Part shown: piece after piece, positions 8,625 through 18,130 of the stretch
Layout of the letters: the number at the start of each line of letters is the position of its first letter
Position numbering within the stretch: position 1 is the first letter of the stretch
Assembly (NCBI GenBank): GCA_035391225.1
Contig: DAOPKN010000005.1
Location: forward strand, 42,063 to 106,062
Direction of reading: 5' to 3'
DNA length: 64,000 nucleotides
From: Thermotogota bacterium
GTDB taxonomy: Bacteria > Thermotogota > Thermotogae > MWEM01
The notes under the pieces: generated by a model
Told to the model about the DNA's origin: nothing
Seen by the model: the letters and a program-made list of their open reading frames with translations, nothing else
Databases searched by the model: none
Made by a program: the position numbers and the translations under genes

Positions 8625-9371
8625 ATGCTAAAGCTTTTCTTGCCCACGGTGGATTCCACAAACCGATACCTGTTGGAGCATGCTGCTTTTCTTCCCCACT
8701 TTTGCGTGCTGCGCGCGGGATGCCAATCTGCCGGACGCGGGCGCTTTGCACGCAACTGGGTCTCCCCGGTGGGAGGATTATGGTTTTCCTTGCTGCTCAA
8801 ACACTTCCCCCTTCCCCGGAACGTGATTCCCTCGTTGCTGGCACTGGCGGGGTTGGATGTGCTGGAAAAGCTCTGCGGCAAGGGGTTCTGGCTGAAGTGG
8901 CCCAACGATATCGTTTTTTCCACGGGGACGCCTTCCGCCGACGGGAAGGTGGCGGGAATCTTGGGCCAATTCTGCGGCCAGGGGGAAAAGGGTGTGCTCG
9001 TGGTGGGAATGGGGATGAACATCAACAACGCCGTTCCCGGCAAACTGGATTTTCCCGCAGTGTCCCTTCGAGACGTTTGCCACCAGCACCGGGAAGTTGT
9101 TCCGGTGTATTTTGCCCTCCTCGAAGCGTTCCAGGAGAATTGGAATCGTTTCGAACCCGGTGCATGGAAAAGGCGCGTGCGCCAAAAGAGTTACTTCCAC
9201 GGCGGCGAACGCGTTTCGTTGCATTGCGCGCTTTCGGAAAAGCGGTGGGAAGGAACCCTGGTAGATACCCCCGTGGAGGCGCTGGAACTGGTCCTTGATT
9301 CGGGTGAGAGCAAATCCTTCCAGGCAGGAGACGTCCGGAAGGTTCGGGTGGAAAGGGGAAGTTCCCGCTAA
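8625..9371 (+). CDS. birA: Biotin--[acetyl-CoA-carboxylase] ligase BirA (group I, no N-terminal HTH)
   Basis: ATG at 8625 with AGGAGG at 8609-8614. Motifs LDSTNRYL, AGRGRFARNWVSPVGG, KWPNDI. ORF track start 8499 is an upstream in-frame extension. Confidence 0.8.
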   Translation: MLKLFLPTVDSTNRYLLEHAAFLPHFCVLRAGCQSAGRGRFARNWVSPVGGLWFSLLLKHFPLPRNVIPSLLALAGLDVLEKLCGKGFWLKWPNDIVFSTGTPSADGKVAGILGQFCGQGEKGVLVVGMGMNINNAVPGKLDFPAVSLRDVCHQHREVVPVYFALLEAFQENWNRFEPGAWKRRVRQKSYFHGGERVSLHCALSEKRWEGTLVDTPVEALELVLDSGESKSFQAGDVRKVRVERGSSR

Positions 9372-9438
9372 TACGTTTTGTTTCCTAACCTTTTTGTGCT
9401 ATACTTTCCGGTGGTTCTTTCGCCAACCGGAGGGAAAC

Positions 9439-10656
9439 ATGCACAAATCCGCACGCCATCTTTTGCTGTACACGATAGTCACCGCCTTTGCCAACAACAT
9501 CTTCAACGTCATCCTAAACCTGTTCCTGCGGGAAATCAATCTCACCAACGGGCAGATCGGAAACATAACCAGTGCCCAACTCTGGGGTGCGGCGATCCTG
9601 GGATTGCTGGTGAGCACGCTGGCGGACATGTTCGGGCGGCGGCGCATTTTGCTGCTGTCTTCCGTGGTCATTCCCCTCTTCTCCATTCTCCTGGTATTCC
9701 AAAAAGAAATGCCTGCCTTGTTGGTGCTTTCCTTCTTGCGGGGTGGATTCCTCGTGGTTTCGTTTACCGTGGTGCAGGCGCTCATGGTGACGCTTTCCGA
9801 AACCCGCCACCGGGCCAAGTTGTTTGGCTTGAATATGGGGTTGATGATGGGAAGCGGGGTACTGGGGAATTTCCTGGGAGGATGGATGGGCGACACGTTG
9901 GGGTTGCAGCCCACGCTCGTGGTTTCCATGGTTCTGTTCTTCGTTTCCTTCTTCCCGCTGTTGCGTATTCAAGCGGTAGAGCCGGTACGCCGGCTGAAAC
10001 ACGTTTTCGATTTTTCCGGGTTCTCCCTCGGCCAAAAACGCATCTTGTTCTTCCACTACATGACCACGGTGACGGTGGGATTCGGGGCGGGTTTGTTCAT
10101 CCACTTTGGGAACTTGATCTTCAAGGATCTGTTCGACATGTCGGCGACGGGTATCGGCATCGCGCTTTCGGTCGCACAACTGGGGACGGCCTTTGGCAAT
10201 AGTTTTGCCCACCGCCTGGGAAACCGCTTCGGTCCACTGGAATTCCGGTTGCTCACCCAGGCACTTGTGGTGCCATTGATGGTGGGATTGGTGTTGGTGC
10301 GCAATCCTTTCGTGTTCACGGTGCTCTACGCTCTTCGCTTCGTGCTGATGAACACCGCCACACCCATTTTTGCGTCCATCGTGAACTCCAGTATCCCCTC
10401 CGAATCCATCTCCACGATTTCCGGCATCAACTCGTTCTTGAACAACGCGGTACGGGGGGTAGCCGCCATGCTCTTCGGTTTCATCGTGGGAGCGAGCATC
10501 GAAGGGTATAACTTGCTGTTTTCGATCTCCACGGTTTTTTACGGGGCAAACGTGCTGATTGCTTTCTTCATCCTCAAGCTCTACCGGGATGACCCCGTGG
10601 TACAGTCGCTGTTCACGAAGAGAGCTGGGAAAAGTGGGAGATCGAGCCGCGGATAA
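9439..10656 (+). CDS. MFS transporter
   Basis: ATG at 9439 after GGAGGG. 12 predicted TMs. MFS motif A-like LADMFGRRRILL. Upstream extended -10 TGcTATACT at about 9395-9403. Confidence 0.75.
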   Translation: MHKSARHLLLYTIVTAFANNIFNVILNLFLREINLTNGQIGNITSAQLWGAAILGLLVSTLADMFGRRRILLLSSVVIPLFSILLVFQKEMPALLVLSFLRGGFLVVSFTVVQALMVTLSETRHRAKLFGLNMGLMMGSGVLGNFLGGWMGDTLGLQPTLVVSMVLFFVSFFPLLRIQAVEPVRRLKHVFDFSGFSLGQKRILFFHYMTTVTVGFGAGLFIHFGNLIFKDLFDMSATGIGIALSVAQLGTAFGNSFAHRLGNRFGPLEFRLLTQALVVPLMVGLVLVRNPFVFTVLYALRFVLMNTATPIFASIVNSSIPSESISTISGINSFLNNAVRGVAAMLFGFIVGASIEGYNLLFSISTVFYGANVLIAFFILKLYRDDPVVQSLFTKRAGKSGRSSRG

Positions 10657-11263
10657 TCTCTTCCACTCCGCGAAGCATGGTTTCAAAGGAGAGGCTGGCG
10701 AACTCCGACCGATCCAACACGTGTTCGTGAAGGAACGGCACGTGGACAAACCCGCTCAGGGTGTGGGCGAAGCCCGGTGTAGTGGGGGAAAGGACGTGTC
10801 GGGATAGGTGTAATCCGAGGTACATCACGTAGTTGCAAAGGTAGGTCCCCGCGCTGTTGGAAAGAACCGCGGGGACCTTTTTCTCGTGAAGGCGTTGCAG
10901 TAACGGGCGAATGGGAAGCGTGGAGAAGTACGCCGCCGGACCTCCGGGAACGATGGGTTCATCGCGGAAGTGGCTTCCGTCGTTGTCCGGGATGCGCGTG
11001 TCCAACACGTTGAGGGCAACGCGTTCCAGCGTGATGTGACGGGCGCGTGCGCTGAGGCCAACGCTCACCAGCACATGGGGTTGCACCTCGTGGAGCAACG
11101 CGCCAAACCCTTCCCGGTTTTTTTCCACGGAAACGGGGAGGATGCGTCCCATTACCTGCCAGTTTTCCACCTGCAACCCGTCAAGCGCTGCGATCAGGTC
11201 ACAAGATGGGTTGACCTTTTCCTTTCCAAAGGGTTCGAAACCCGTTACCAGCAACCGGTGCAT
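10613..11263 (-). CDS. pcp: Pyroglutamyl-peptidase I (pyrrolidone-carboxylate peptidase)
   Basis: LVTGFEPFG N-terminal motif. Catalytic Cys context SNSAGTYLCNYVMY. His in GFVHVPF. Start trimmed to MHRLLVTGF (ORF track 11311). 3' end overlaps the convergent MFS gene by 44 nt. Confidence 0.8.
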   Translation of the reverse strand: MHRLLVTGFEPFGKEKVNPSCDLIAALDGLQVENWQVMGRILPVSVEKNREGFGALLHEVQPHVLVSVGLSARARHITLERVALNVLDTRIPDNDGSHFRDEPIVPGGPAAYFSTLPIRPLLQRLHEKKVPAVLSNSAGTYLCNYVMYLGLHLSRHVLSPTTPGFAHTLSGFVHVPFLHEHVLDRSEFASLSFETMLRGVEEIIRGSISHFSQLSS

Positions 11264-11267
11264 CTGC

Positions 11268-11642
11268 TCAGAAATTGCTGAAAGCTTCGCCCGAAACGGA
11301 AATGGTTCCACGCCCCACGAACGGAACGAAGTAGGTGATCACGAAATCCCAAATGGTGAAGCCGTAGCTGATCTCCAGGTTCTTGGCAAAGGCGCCTCCC
11401 CGGGCAAATACCTCCGGTCCAATCATTTTGTCCAGGTTCTCGTGGGGCCGGGACATCGGGAAAAGGATGGGATCGATAATGAACCACAATTCCTGGGATG
11501 CTTCGAACTTCCCGACAGGTGTTCCGATAATGTTGGGGAAGTACCCCAGGTTTCCATCCGCCGTTTTGAAGAGCATGGAACAAGAACTGAACACCAGCAC
11601 GAGAGCAACGAACACGAGCAACAGCACGAACTTTTTCATCAA
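11268..11642 (-). CDS. Hypothetical lipoprotein (124 aa)
   Basis: Signal peptide ending in a lipobox-like VFSSC. No known domain recognised. Confidence 0.45.
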   Translation of the reverse strand: MMKKFVLLLVFVALVLVFSSCSMLFKTADGNLGYFPNIIGTPVGKFEASQELWFIIDPILFPMSRPHENLDKMIGPEVFARGGAFAKNLEISYGFTIWDFVITYFVPFVGRGTISVSGEAFSNF

Positions 11643-11651
11643 ACTCCCCCT

Positions 11652-12158
11652 TTATTTGGATGGTTCTTGCACTTGCAACGGGTAGATACCCCCACGGTAT
11701 GCAAGGGAAAGGGTGGGGTGCAGCATTCGATTTACCCCCACGGCAACTTGCACGCCACCGATGGGAGAAACGGGAATCATCATGCCGGCCTCCACGAAGA
11801 GATCCCAGTGCTCCAATCCCAGATTGCCCAGCAGGGAAATATACCCCCCAAACTGGATTCCGTAGGATTCGTTCAGGGTTTCGAACACCACCCATTCCAC
11901 TCCCGCAGAAACGTAGGGCTTTTTGAAGGACATGATCCCCATGCCGCCGCGAAAACGAAACGGGGAAAACCAGGAAGGACCGTACACCGCGTTGAAGGAG
12001 AGATCCACGATGTCCCGTTTCTTATCCACTTCCGGCAAAAGGAAAAAATCGGGTTTCACTTCCAATATCAACCCAATAAAATCTTCACTAAAGGTCCGAG
12101 CGGAAACCGAAACACACAAAAAACAGGCCGCCAGGCAAACCAGGCTTTTCCAGCGCAT
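11652..12158 (-). CDS. Hypothetical exported protein (168 aa), possibly beta-rich outer-membrane associated
   Basis: Signal peptide MRWKSLVCLAACFLCVSVSA. Alternating hydrophobic pattern. C-terminal aromatic residue region. Confidence 0.45.
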   Translation of the reverse strand: MRWKSLVCLAACFLCVSVSARTFSEDFIGLILEVKPDFFLLPEVDKKRDIVDLSFNAVYGPSWFSPFRFRGGMGIMSFKKPYVSAGVEWVVFETLNESYGIQFGGYISLLGNLGLEHWDLFVEAGMMIPVSPIGGVQVAVGVNRMLHPTLSLAYRGGIYPLQVQEPSK

Positions 12159-12259
12159 TACGCTTCTCCCTTCCTCCCACTGCCCCGATTATATCACACG
12201 CATTGCCCACGATGGTACCCTGGAAATCCGAAGGCTGGAAATCGGAAATGTCTATGTAA

Positions 12260-12288
12260 TTGACAATTTTCGTCATAGGTGATATAAT
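12260..12288 (+). promoter_or_regulatory. Near-perfect sigma-70 promoter (TTGACA-N17-TATAAT) for the XRE-cupin regulator / speHE unit
   Basis: TTGACA at 12260-12265, 17-nt spacer, TATAAT at 12283-12288. Read directly from the sequence. Confidence 0.75.
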
Positions 12289-12307
12289 GCGCCGTCTGGT
12301 GACGAAC

Positions 12308-12328
12308 TTTGTCAAATAAAGCGACAAA
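12308..12328 (+). promoter_or_regulatory. Palindromic operator TTTGTC-N9-GACAAA in the 5' UTR of the XRE-cupin regulator gene (likely autoregulatory site)
   Basis: Perfect 6-bp inverted repeat between the promoter -10 and the RBS (AAAAAGGA at about 12334). Confidence 0.5.
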
Positions 12329-12345
12329 CTCCCAAAAAGGATGGA

Positions 12346-12882
12346 ATGATGACCCCAGGAGAGAAGATTCGCAAACTTAGGCTGGCAAAGGGATTGACCC
12401 AAGAAGACGTGGCCGCGCGAGCGGACCTGGCCCGAAGTTTCATTTCGCAGGTGGAAACGGGAAAAACCTCTCCCACGCTGGACAACTTGGAACGCATTCT
12501 CAAGGCAGTGGGAAGTGGCCTCAAAGATTTCTTTTCGGATGCCCAGCAGGAAATGGTGGTATACAAGCGGGAAGAGCGTATTCCCGTGTACGACGAACCC
12601 AAAGGCATTCGCTCCGAGATGCTCATGGACGAGGTGGAGAGCAAGAAAATCGATGCTTTCTTGGTAACGTTGGAACCTCGCGCCCAAACAGAAGAGGAAG
12701 ATTACCACGAAGGAGACGAGTTTGGTTTCGTGTTGGATGGCCAGGCGCAGTTGGTACTGGATGGAAAACCATTTTCGGTGCGCAAGGGAGATTGTTTCTA
12801 CTACCGCGCCGACAAGAAGCATTTTCTGGAAAACAATTCCACGAAGCGAAAATGCATGATTCTATGGATTAAGATCGACTAA
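12346..12882 (+). CDS. XRE-family HTH transcriptional regulator with C-terminal cupin domain (PuuR-like)
   Basis: HTH_3 [35 protein letters not shown]-terminal cupin-like beta region. Located directly upstream of speH-speE. Confidence 0.8.
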   Translation: MMTPGEKIRKLRLAKGLTQEDVAARADLARSFISQVETGKTSPTLDNLERILKAVGSGLKDFFSDAQQEMVVYKREERIPVYDEPKGIRSEMLMDEVESKKIDAFLVTLEPRAQTEEEDYHEGDEFGFVLDGQAQLVLDGKPFSVRKGDCFYYRADKKHFLENNSTKRKCMILWIKID

Positions 12883-12908
12883 CCGATAGACACTTCACCC
12901 GGAAGGAG

Positions 12909-13310
12909 TTGGGATCATTGAAAGCCCTTGGAAAACACCTGATCGCCGAATTTTTTGAATGCAACCAATCCGCGTTGAATAACGTGCAAGTTGTGGAGGA
13001 ATCCATGAAAAGTGCTGCCCTTTTGGCAGGAGCCACGATCGTGGACAGCAGTTTCCACAAGTTTTTGCCACACGGAGTGAGTGGCGTAGTGGTCGTGTCA
13101 GAATCGCACTTGGCGATTCATACCTGGCCGGAATACGGGTACGCTGCGGTCGATGTTTTTACCTGTGGGGACCACGTGGATCCCTGGGTGGCTTTCGATT
13201 ACCTCAAGCAAGTGTTCGAAGCAGGGCGCACGAGTACCGACGAGTTCAAGAGGGGTCGTTACCTGGAAATCGGAATCGAAGAGAGTGCGCCTTACAAGGT
13301 GGGGGCTTGA
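12909..13310 (+). CDS. speH: S-adenosylmethionine decarboxylase proenzyme (SpeH/SpeD class 1A)
   Basis: TTG start after [18 protein letters not shown]-terminus and [14 protein letters not shown] with the Glu-Ser self-cleavage site. Confidence 0.85.
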   Translation: MGSLKALGKHLIAEFFECNQSALNNVQVVEESMKSAALLAGATIVDSSFHKFLPHGVSGVVVVSESHLAIHTWPEYGYAAVDVFTCGDHVDPWVAFDYLKQVFEAGRTSTDEFKRGRYLEIGIEESAPYKVGA

Positions 13311-14173
13311 TGGATCCGAAAGAGCTGTCGCATTTGCGCTTCGAGGAAACGTTTCAGGGAGGGCATGCTGGGGTTTTCTTTTCCGTGTCCCGCGTGCTTT
13401 TTTCCGAGCAAACTCCTTTCCAAAGGATCGATATCTTGCAAACCCCCTACCTGGGGAGAGTTTTCGCCTTGGACGGCATTACGCAAACGGTGGATGCCTT
13501 CGAGTTCATGTACCACGAGATGCTGGTGCATGTTGCCCTTTTTGCGCACCCCTGTCCCCGGAAAGTGCTCGTCATCGGTGGGGGGGATGGGGGAACCCTG
13601 CGCGAGGTGCTCAAGCATCCCAGCGTACAAGAGGCCTGGTTGGTAGAAATCGACGAAAAGGTTGTGCAAGCTGCGCGCGAGTGGCTTCCCAAACTTTCCT
13701 CTTCCTTTTCCGATCCCCGATCCAAGATCCTGTTCCGGGATGGGGCCCAACTGGTGGGGGAATTTCCCAACACCTTCGATGCAATCTTGATCGATTCCAC
13801 AGATCCCACCGCGGGAGAAGGGGGTACCCTTTTTACCCCGGAATTCTATAAAAACTGCTTGCAGGCACTGACCCCGCAGGGTTTCCTCGTGGCGCAAACG
13901 GAAGATCCGGTGTTCGATCGTAGTTGGCTGGAAATGGCCTTTTCGCGCATCCACTCCGTGTTCCCCCAGACCATGCTGTACACGGGTTTTTCGCCGCAAT
14001 ACCCCTCCGGTTTTTGGACCTACACCATCGCATCAAAGCAACTCGACCCTCGCCAGATCCGTTCCAACGTTTCCGCCGCACACATGAAATTGCAGTACTA
14101 CAACCCCGCACTGCATCTTGCCAGTTTTTGCCTTCCCACCTTTCTCCAGCAAATCTTGGAGAAGCTGCGGTAA
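13307..14173 (+). CDS. speE: Spermidine synthase (polyamine aminopropyltransferase)
   Basis: [30 protein letters not shown] motifs. ATGA overlap with speH. Confidence 0.9.
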   Translation: MMDPKELSHLRFEETFQGGHAGVFFSVSRVLFSEQTPFQRIDILQTPYLGRVFALDGITQTVDAFEFMYHEMLVHVALFAHPCPRKVLVIGGGDGGTLREVLKHPSVQEAWLVEIDEKVVQAAREWLPKLSSSFSDPRSKILFRDGAQLVGEFPNTFDAILIDSTDPTAGEGGTLFTPEFYKNCLQALTPQGFLVAQTEDPVFDRSWLEMAFSRIHSVFPQTMLYTGFSPQYPSGFWTYTIASKQLDPRQIRSNVSAAHMKLQYYNPALHLASFCLPTFLQQILEKLR

Positions 14174-14280
14174 AAACCCCTCTTTTTGTGGCACACGGAT
14201 TCCCCCAAAAACAGCGAGAAGGGGAGAGAATATGGTAAGATAACCCAAGGAGAGCCAGGGAATGTCCTGGTATAACAAAA

Positions 14281-15648
14281 ATGGGAAAGACATTTTGGAG
14301 TTCGCTTTTCTTTCAGGGAGTTGGAATCGGTTTGGTTTTTTTCCCAGGATTGTTGCAGATCCTGGGAGTTTCGCTTTTTGGGGTGGGCTTCTTTTTTCTG
14401 GCCCGCTCGCTTGTGCACGGCATTCGGAGGGAAACCCAGTATTCTCGGGCTCTTTCCGAAAGTTCCATGCGTGTTGAGCAGCTGGAAGTGGAGAACGAAA
14501 CGCTGCAAGCCCGCGCCCACGAGTGCAATTTGATGGTCCGTGAGCGGGACGAGTCTTTCCAAAAGGTCGAATCCTTGCGGGAAGGCATGGAACGCATCAT
14601 CGCCCTTACCTCGCACATGTCGTTGGCCGTGCAGGAAGACAACGATGGCTTCTTGAAAGAACTGCTCGAGATGTTGATGGTGCTCGTTCCCAAGGCGGAT
14701 TATGGAAGTATCTCCCTGGTGGAAGGTGCGCAGTGGCGGTACGTTCATGCCATCGGGCACAACATCGAGAAACTCAAGGAGCTTGCGCTGGATGCATCCC
14801 TTCTGTTTCCCATCGAATCCGTTTCGCTCGTGGAGGATATCCTGCGCAAGGACAGGGAGTTCTTGCCCGAGGATACGCACGAGAAACTTACGCAGGCAAC
14901 ACTCCCGGTGAATTACTCGCTGTTGAGTCGTTTGAAAATTGGCCACGAGACGGTAGGGAATGTCTCGCTGGATATTGCTTCGGAAAGTGATAAAAACTTC
15001 GATTCCAACGATATCCGCATCTTGGAGTCCTTTTCCAACGTGGCATCTGCTTTCTTGGCCATGCAGAAGTACTCCATCAAGCAAGGCCGCTTCCAGAAAG
15101 AACTGATCATGTCCATGATCCGCATGTTGGAACTCCACGACCCCTACACCAAGGGACACTCGGAGAACGTTGCCCAATTGTCTGCACAGGTTGCCGAGGA
15201 GCTGGGTTGGAGCAAGGAACGGGTCGCACGCGTGTATTGGTCGGGGTTGGTGCACGATGTGGGCAAGATCCTGGTTCCGGGCGCTATCCTGACCAAAACA
15301 GGCCGGCTTACCGCCGAAGAGTTCCAAATCATCCGCATGCATCCAGTGTGGGGTGCGCAGGTGTTGGATACTTCCACTGACTTGAAAGATATCGCCAACT
15401 ACGTCCGTTTCCACCACGAGCGTTGGGACGGTCGTGGCTACCCCGAGGGGATGGCGGGGCCAGAAGTCCCGATGATTTCGCGGGTGTTGGCCATTGCCGA
15501 TTGTTTCGATGCCATGACCAGTGATCGACCGTATCGCAAAGGGGTTGCCCCAAACGATGCCCTTTCCGAGTTGCAAAAGGAAGCGGGAAAGCAGTTCGAC
15601 CCCAAGTTCGTGGAGGTTTTCACCAAGATCCAACGCCGGTACACGTAA
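14281..15648 (+). CDS. Membrane-anchored GAF-like / HD-GYP domain protein (predicted c-di-GMP phosphodiesterase)
   Basis: Two N-terminal TMs. HD motif HDPYTKGHSENVAQLS...HD. HHERWDGRGYP (HD-GYP signature). Confidence 0.8.
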   Translation: MGKTFWSSLFFQGVGIGLVFFPGLLQILGVSLFGVGFFFLARSLVHGIRRETQYSRALSESSMRVEQLEVENETLQARAHECNLMVRERDESFQKVESLREGMERIIALTSHMSLAVQEDNDGFLKELLEMLMVLVPKADYGSISLVEGAQWRYVHAIGHNIEKLKELALDASLLFPIESVSLVEDILRKDREFLPEDTHEKLTQATLPVNYSLLSRLKIGHETVGNVSLDIASESDKNFDSNDIRILESFSNVASAFLAMQKYSIKQGRFQKELIMSMIRMLELHDPYTKGHSENVAQLSAQVAEELGWSKERVARVYWSGLVHDVGKILVPGAILTKTGRLTAEEFQIIRMHPVWGAQVLDTSTDLKDIANYVRFHHERWDGRGYPEGMAGPEVPMISRVLAIADCFDAMTSDRPYRKGVAPNDALSELQKEAGKQFDPKFVEVFTKIQRRYT

Positions 15649-15672
15649 TTCTTTCCCATATTCCCAAAAGAG

Positions 15673-17415
15673 GTGTTTTTCTTGATCCGAAAATTCATAG
15701 CGTACTACCGCCCCCATTGGAAGCTCTTTTCCATTGATTTGACGTGTGCCTTCCTGATGGCGGGAATTGACTTGGTTTTTCCGCAGTACACGCGAAAAGC
15801 CCTTGACTCCTTCATCCCCGAGGGAAACGTGCGGGGTTTGGTGATCGCTGCCATCGTGCTGGGGGCTCTGTTCTCGCTGCGCGCGCTCTTCAATTACATC
15901 GTGGACTACTGGGGGCATGTTCTGGGCACGCGCATGGAATACGACATGCGCAAGGACATCTTTTCGCACCTGCAAACGCTTTCCTTCAGTTACTTCGATA
16001 AGGTGCGCACCGGGAAGATCATGTCCCGCATCGTCAACGACCTCAACGAAATGACGGAATTGGCCCACCACGGTCCCGAAGACCTCTTCCTGTCCCTGGT
16101 CACGCTGGTAGGTGCGTTTGTGCTTTTGTTGCTCACCAACGTACCGCTCACGTTGATCACCTTTTCCTTCATTCCGGTGATGCTCTGGTTTGGCATCATC
16201 AAGCGCCGGAAGATGTCGCGGGCCTTCCGCGAGGTGCGCAAGCGCATTGCGGACGTGAATGCCCAGTTGGAGAACAGCATCTCGGGGATCCGAGAGGCCC
16301 AATCGTTTACCAACGAGGAGTTCGAGATGGAGAAGTTCAACGTGGGGAACGACGAGTTTCGACGGTCGCGCGAGAGTGCTTTCAAGACCATGGCAGAAAT
16401 GACCTCGGGCATCCATTACCTTTCCAACATCCTGAAGGTGCTGGTGTTGGGCCTGGGAGGGTTTTTCTGCTTCAAGGGTTGGATCACTCCCGGTGTGTTG
16501 GTGGCCTTTTTCTTGTACATCGAGATTTTTTTCCAACCCATTCGCCGGCTCATGCAATTCTCCCAGATGTTTGAATCCGGAATGGCAGGTTTCGAGCGTT
16601 TCGTGGAAGTCATGGAGATTCGGCCCGAGATCCAGGATGCTCCCGATGCCCGGGAGATAGAGAACGTGGCGGGGAACATCCAGTTTGAGAACGTTTCCTT
16701 CTCCTACGATGGGAGCGAACCCGTGCTCGATCGGGTTTCGCTGCAAATTCCGCACGGCAAGACCATTGCCGTCGTTGGCCCCTCGGGGGGAGGCAAAACC
16801 ACGTTATGCCACCTCATTCCCCGTTTCTACGAGGCCACCGAGGGAGATATCACGTTGGATGGGGTGCCCATCAAGCGCATCACGCTGGAAAGCTTGCGGC
16901 GGAATATCGGTTTCGTGCAACAGGATATCTTCCTCTTTGCGGGAACGATCCGCGATAACATCGCCTACGGCAAGGGAAACGCCAGCGAAGAGGAGATTAT
17001 CCAGGCTGCAAAGCACGCACGCATTCACGACTTCATCACCACGCTGGAGAAGGGCTACGATTCGTACATCGGGGAAAGAGGCATCCTACTGTCCGGTGGC
17101 CAAAAGCAGCGTATTGCCATTGCACGCGTGTTCTTGAAGAATCCCCCGGTTCTCATTTTGGACGAGGCAACCTCCGCGCTGGACAACGAAACGGAACAAA
17201 TGATCCAAAAGTCCCTGGAAGACCTTTCCCGCGGTCGTACCACCCTCGTGATTGCCCACCGGCTTTCCACGATCCAAAACGCCGACGAAATCCTGGTGAT
17301 CGTGAACGGGCGCATCCTGGAACGAGGTAACCACGCTTCGTTGCTGCAAGAAGATGGACATTACGCACGGTTGTACCGTTCGCAGATGAAAGGGTTCATC
17401 CCCGATGACCTGTAA
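15673..17415 (+). CDS. ABC exporter, fused permease-ATPase half transporter (MsbA/type I exporter family)
   Basis: GTG start. 6 TM N-domain. Walker A GPSGGGKTT. LSGGQKQRIAIARVFL signature. Walker B ILDEATSALD. Confidence 0.85.
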   Translation: MFFLIRKFIAYYRPHWKLFSIDLTCAFLMAGIDLVFPQYTRKALDSFIPEGNVRGLVIAAIVLGALFSLRALFNYIVDYWGHVLGTRMEYDMRKDIFSHLQTLSFSYFDKVRTGKIMSRIVNDLNEMTELAHHGPEDLFLSLVTLVGAFVLLLLTNVPLTLITFSFIPVMLWFGIIKRRKMSRAFREVRKRIADVNAQLENSISGIREAQSFTNEEFEMEKFNVGNDEFRRSRESAFKTMAEMTSGIHYLSNILKVLVLGLGGFFCFKGWITPGVLVAFFLYIEIFFQPIRRLMQFSQMFESGMAGFERFVEVMEIRPEIQDAPDAREIENVAGNIQFENVSFSYDGSEPVLDRVSLQIPHGKTIAVVGPSGGGKTTLCHLIPRFYEATEGDITLDGVPIKRITLESLRRNIGFVQQDIFLFAGTIRDNIAYGKGNASEEEIIQAAKHARIHDFITTLEKGYDSYIGERGILLSGGQKQRIAIARVFLKNPPVLILDEATSALDNETEQMIQKSLEDLSRGRTTLVIAHRLSTIQNADEILVIVNGRILERGNHASLLQEDGHYARLYRSQMKGFIPDDL

Positions 17416-18103
17416 GTTGGGCAAAAACCTTTGCAGGAGCACGAAGTGGTTTTTGGGGCTCGCGTTGCTCCTTTTCTTCGGGACCCACGCGTTTGCAAAC
17501 AACGACCCCATCCTGGTGGAAGTGTTTTCTTCCTGTTTCTGCGAACCTTGTGAGCAACTCAACCAGCCACTCCTGGAATGGCAACGCTCCCACCAAGACG
17601 CGCTCGTGGTGAGTTTTCACCTGTGGCAAGACGCTCTGGAGGTTCCGGGTGGGGAAGAGCGGTCGGATTTCTACGCGCTTTCTTCCCTTCCTGGTTTCGT
17701 GGTGCAGGGAAACCAGAAGTGGGTGGGCAGTATTTCGCATTTCCCCGCAACCCTGGAATCCGCCCTGGGGGTGGAGAAAAACCGGTTTCGCCCGGATTAC
17801 GGTATGCAAGCAAGCGTGGAGTTTTCCAGTACCCAGGCCCGCTTCGATGTTTCGCTTTCCAAGCAGTATTCCAGGGGGCAGATCGTGGGCCTTGCGGTGC
17901 AGAAAAGCGTGTTCGTGGAGGGAACGCGCTACTCCAACGTGGTGCGGGAAATCCAGGTGATCCCCTGGAAAAACCAACCAACTCAAATGGTCTTCTCCGC
18001 GCGAAAGGAATGGACCGGAAACAACGTGCTGTTTGCCGTGCTTTTCCAGGACACCCGTTCGGGGAAAGTGTACCACTTGCAAGTGTTTGAGCCCGATTGG
18101 TAA
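17405..18103 (+). CDS. Exported thioredoxin-like protein, DUF1223-like
   Basis: ATG overlaps the exporter 3' end. Signal peptide. VEVFSSCFCEPCE resembles the DUF1223 VELFTSQGCSSCP motif. Family call is from memory. Confidence 0.4.
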   Translation: MTCKLGKNLCRSTKWFLGLALLLFFGTHAFANNDPILVEVFSSCFCEPCEQLNQPLLEWQRSHQDALVVSFHLWQDALEVPGGEERSDFYALSSLPGFVVQGNQKWVGSISHFPATLESALGVEKNRFRPDYGMQASVEFSSTQARFDVSLSKQYSRGQIVGLAVQKSVFVEGTRYSNVVREIQVIPWKNQPTQMVFSARKEWTGNNVLFAVLFQDTRSGKVYHLQVFEPDW

Positions 18104-18130
18104 GCAAACGAAGGGAGAAACAGAGAAGGC

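Noticed and set aside
8071-8751. 226-aa version of flgB with a 90-aa N-terminal extension
   Set aside because: The extension is not rod-protein-like. The conserved FlgB N-terminus begins at MAGGLFNS (start 8481). The longer form would consume the divergent birA promoter region.
9514-10749. 411-aa minus-strand ORF antisense to the MFS transporter
   Set aside because: R/H/Q-rich, non-hydrophobic. Opposite a clean 12-TM MFS gene with an RBS and promoter. Antisense artefact.
14098-16755. 885-aa ORF on the minus strand antisense to the HD-GYP and ABC exporter genes
   Set aside because: H/G/L/Q/R-rich low-complexity translation typical of the stop-poor antisense frame of GC-rich genes. No motifs, no RBS or signal peptide. 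Fully overlapped by two well-supported plus-strand genes.
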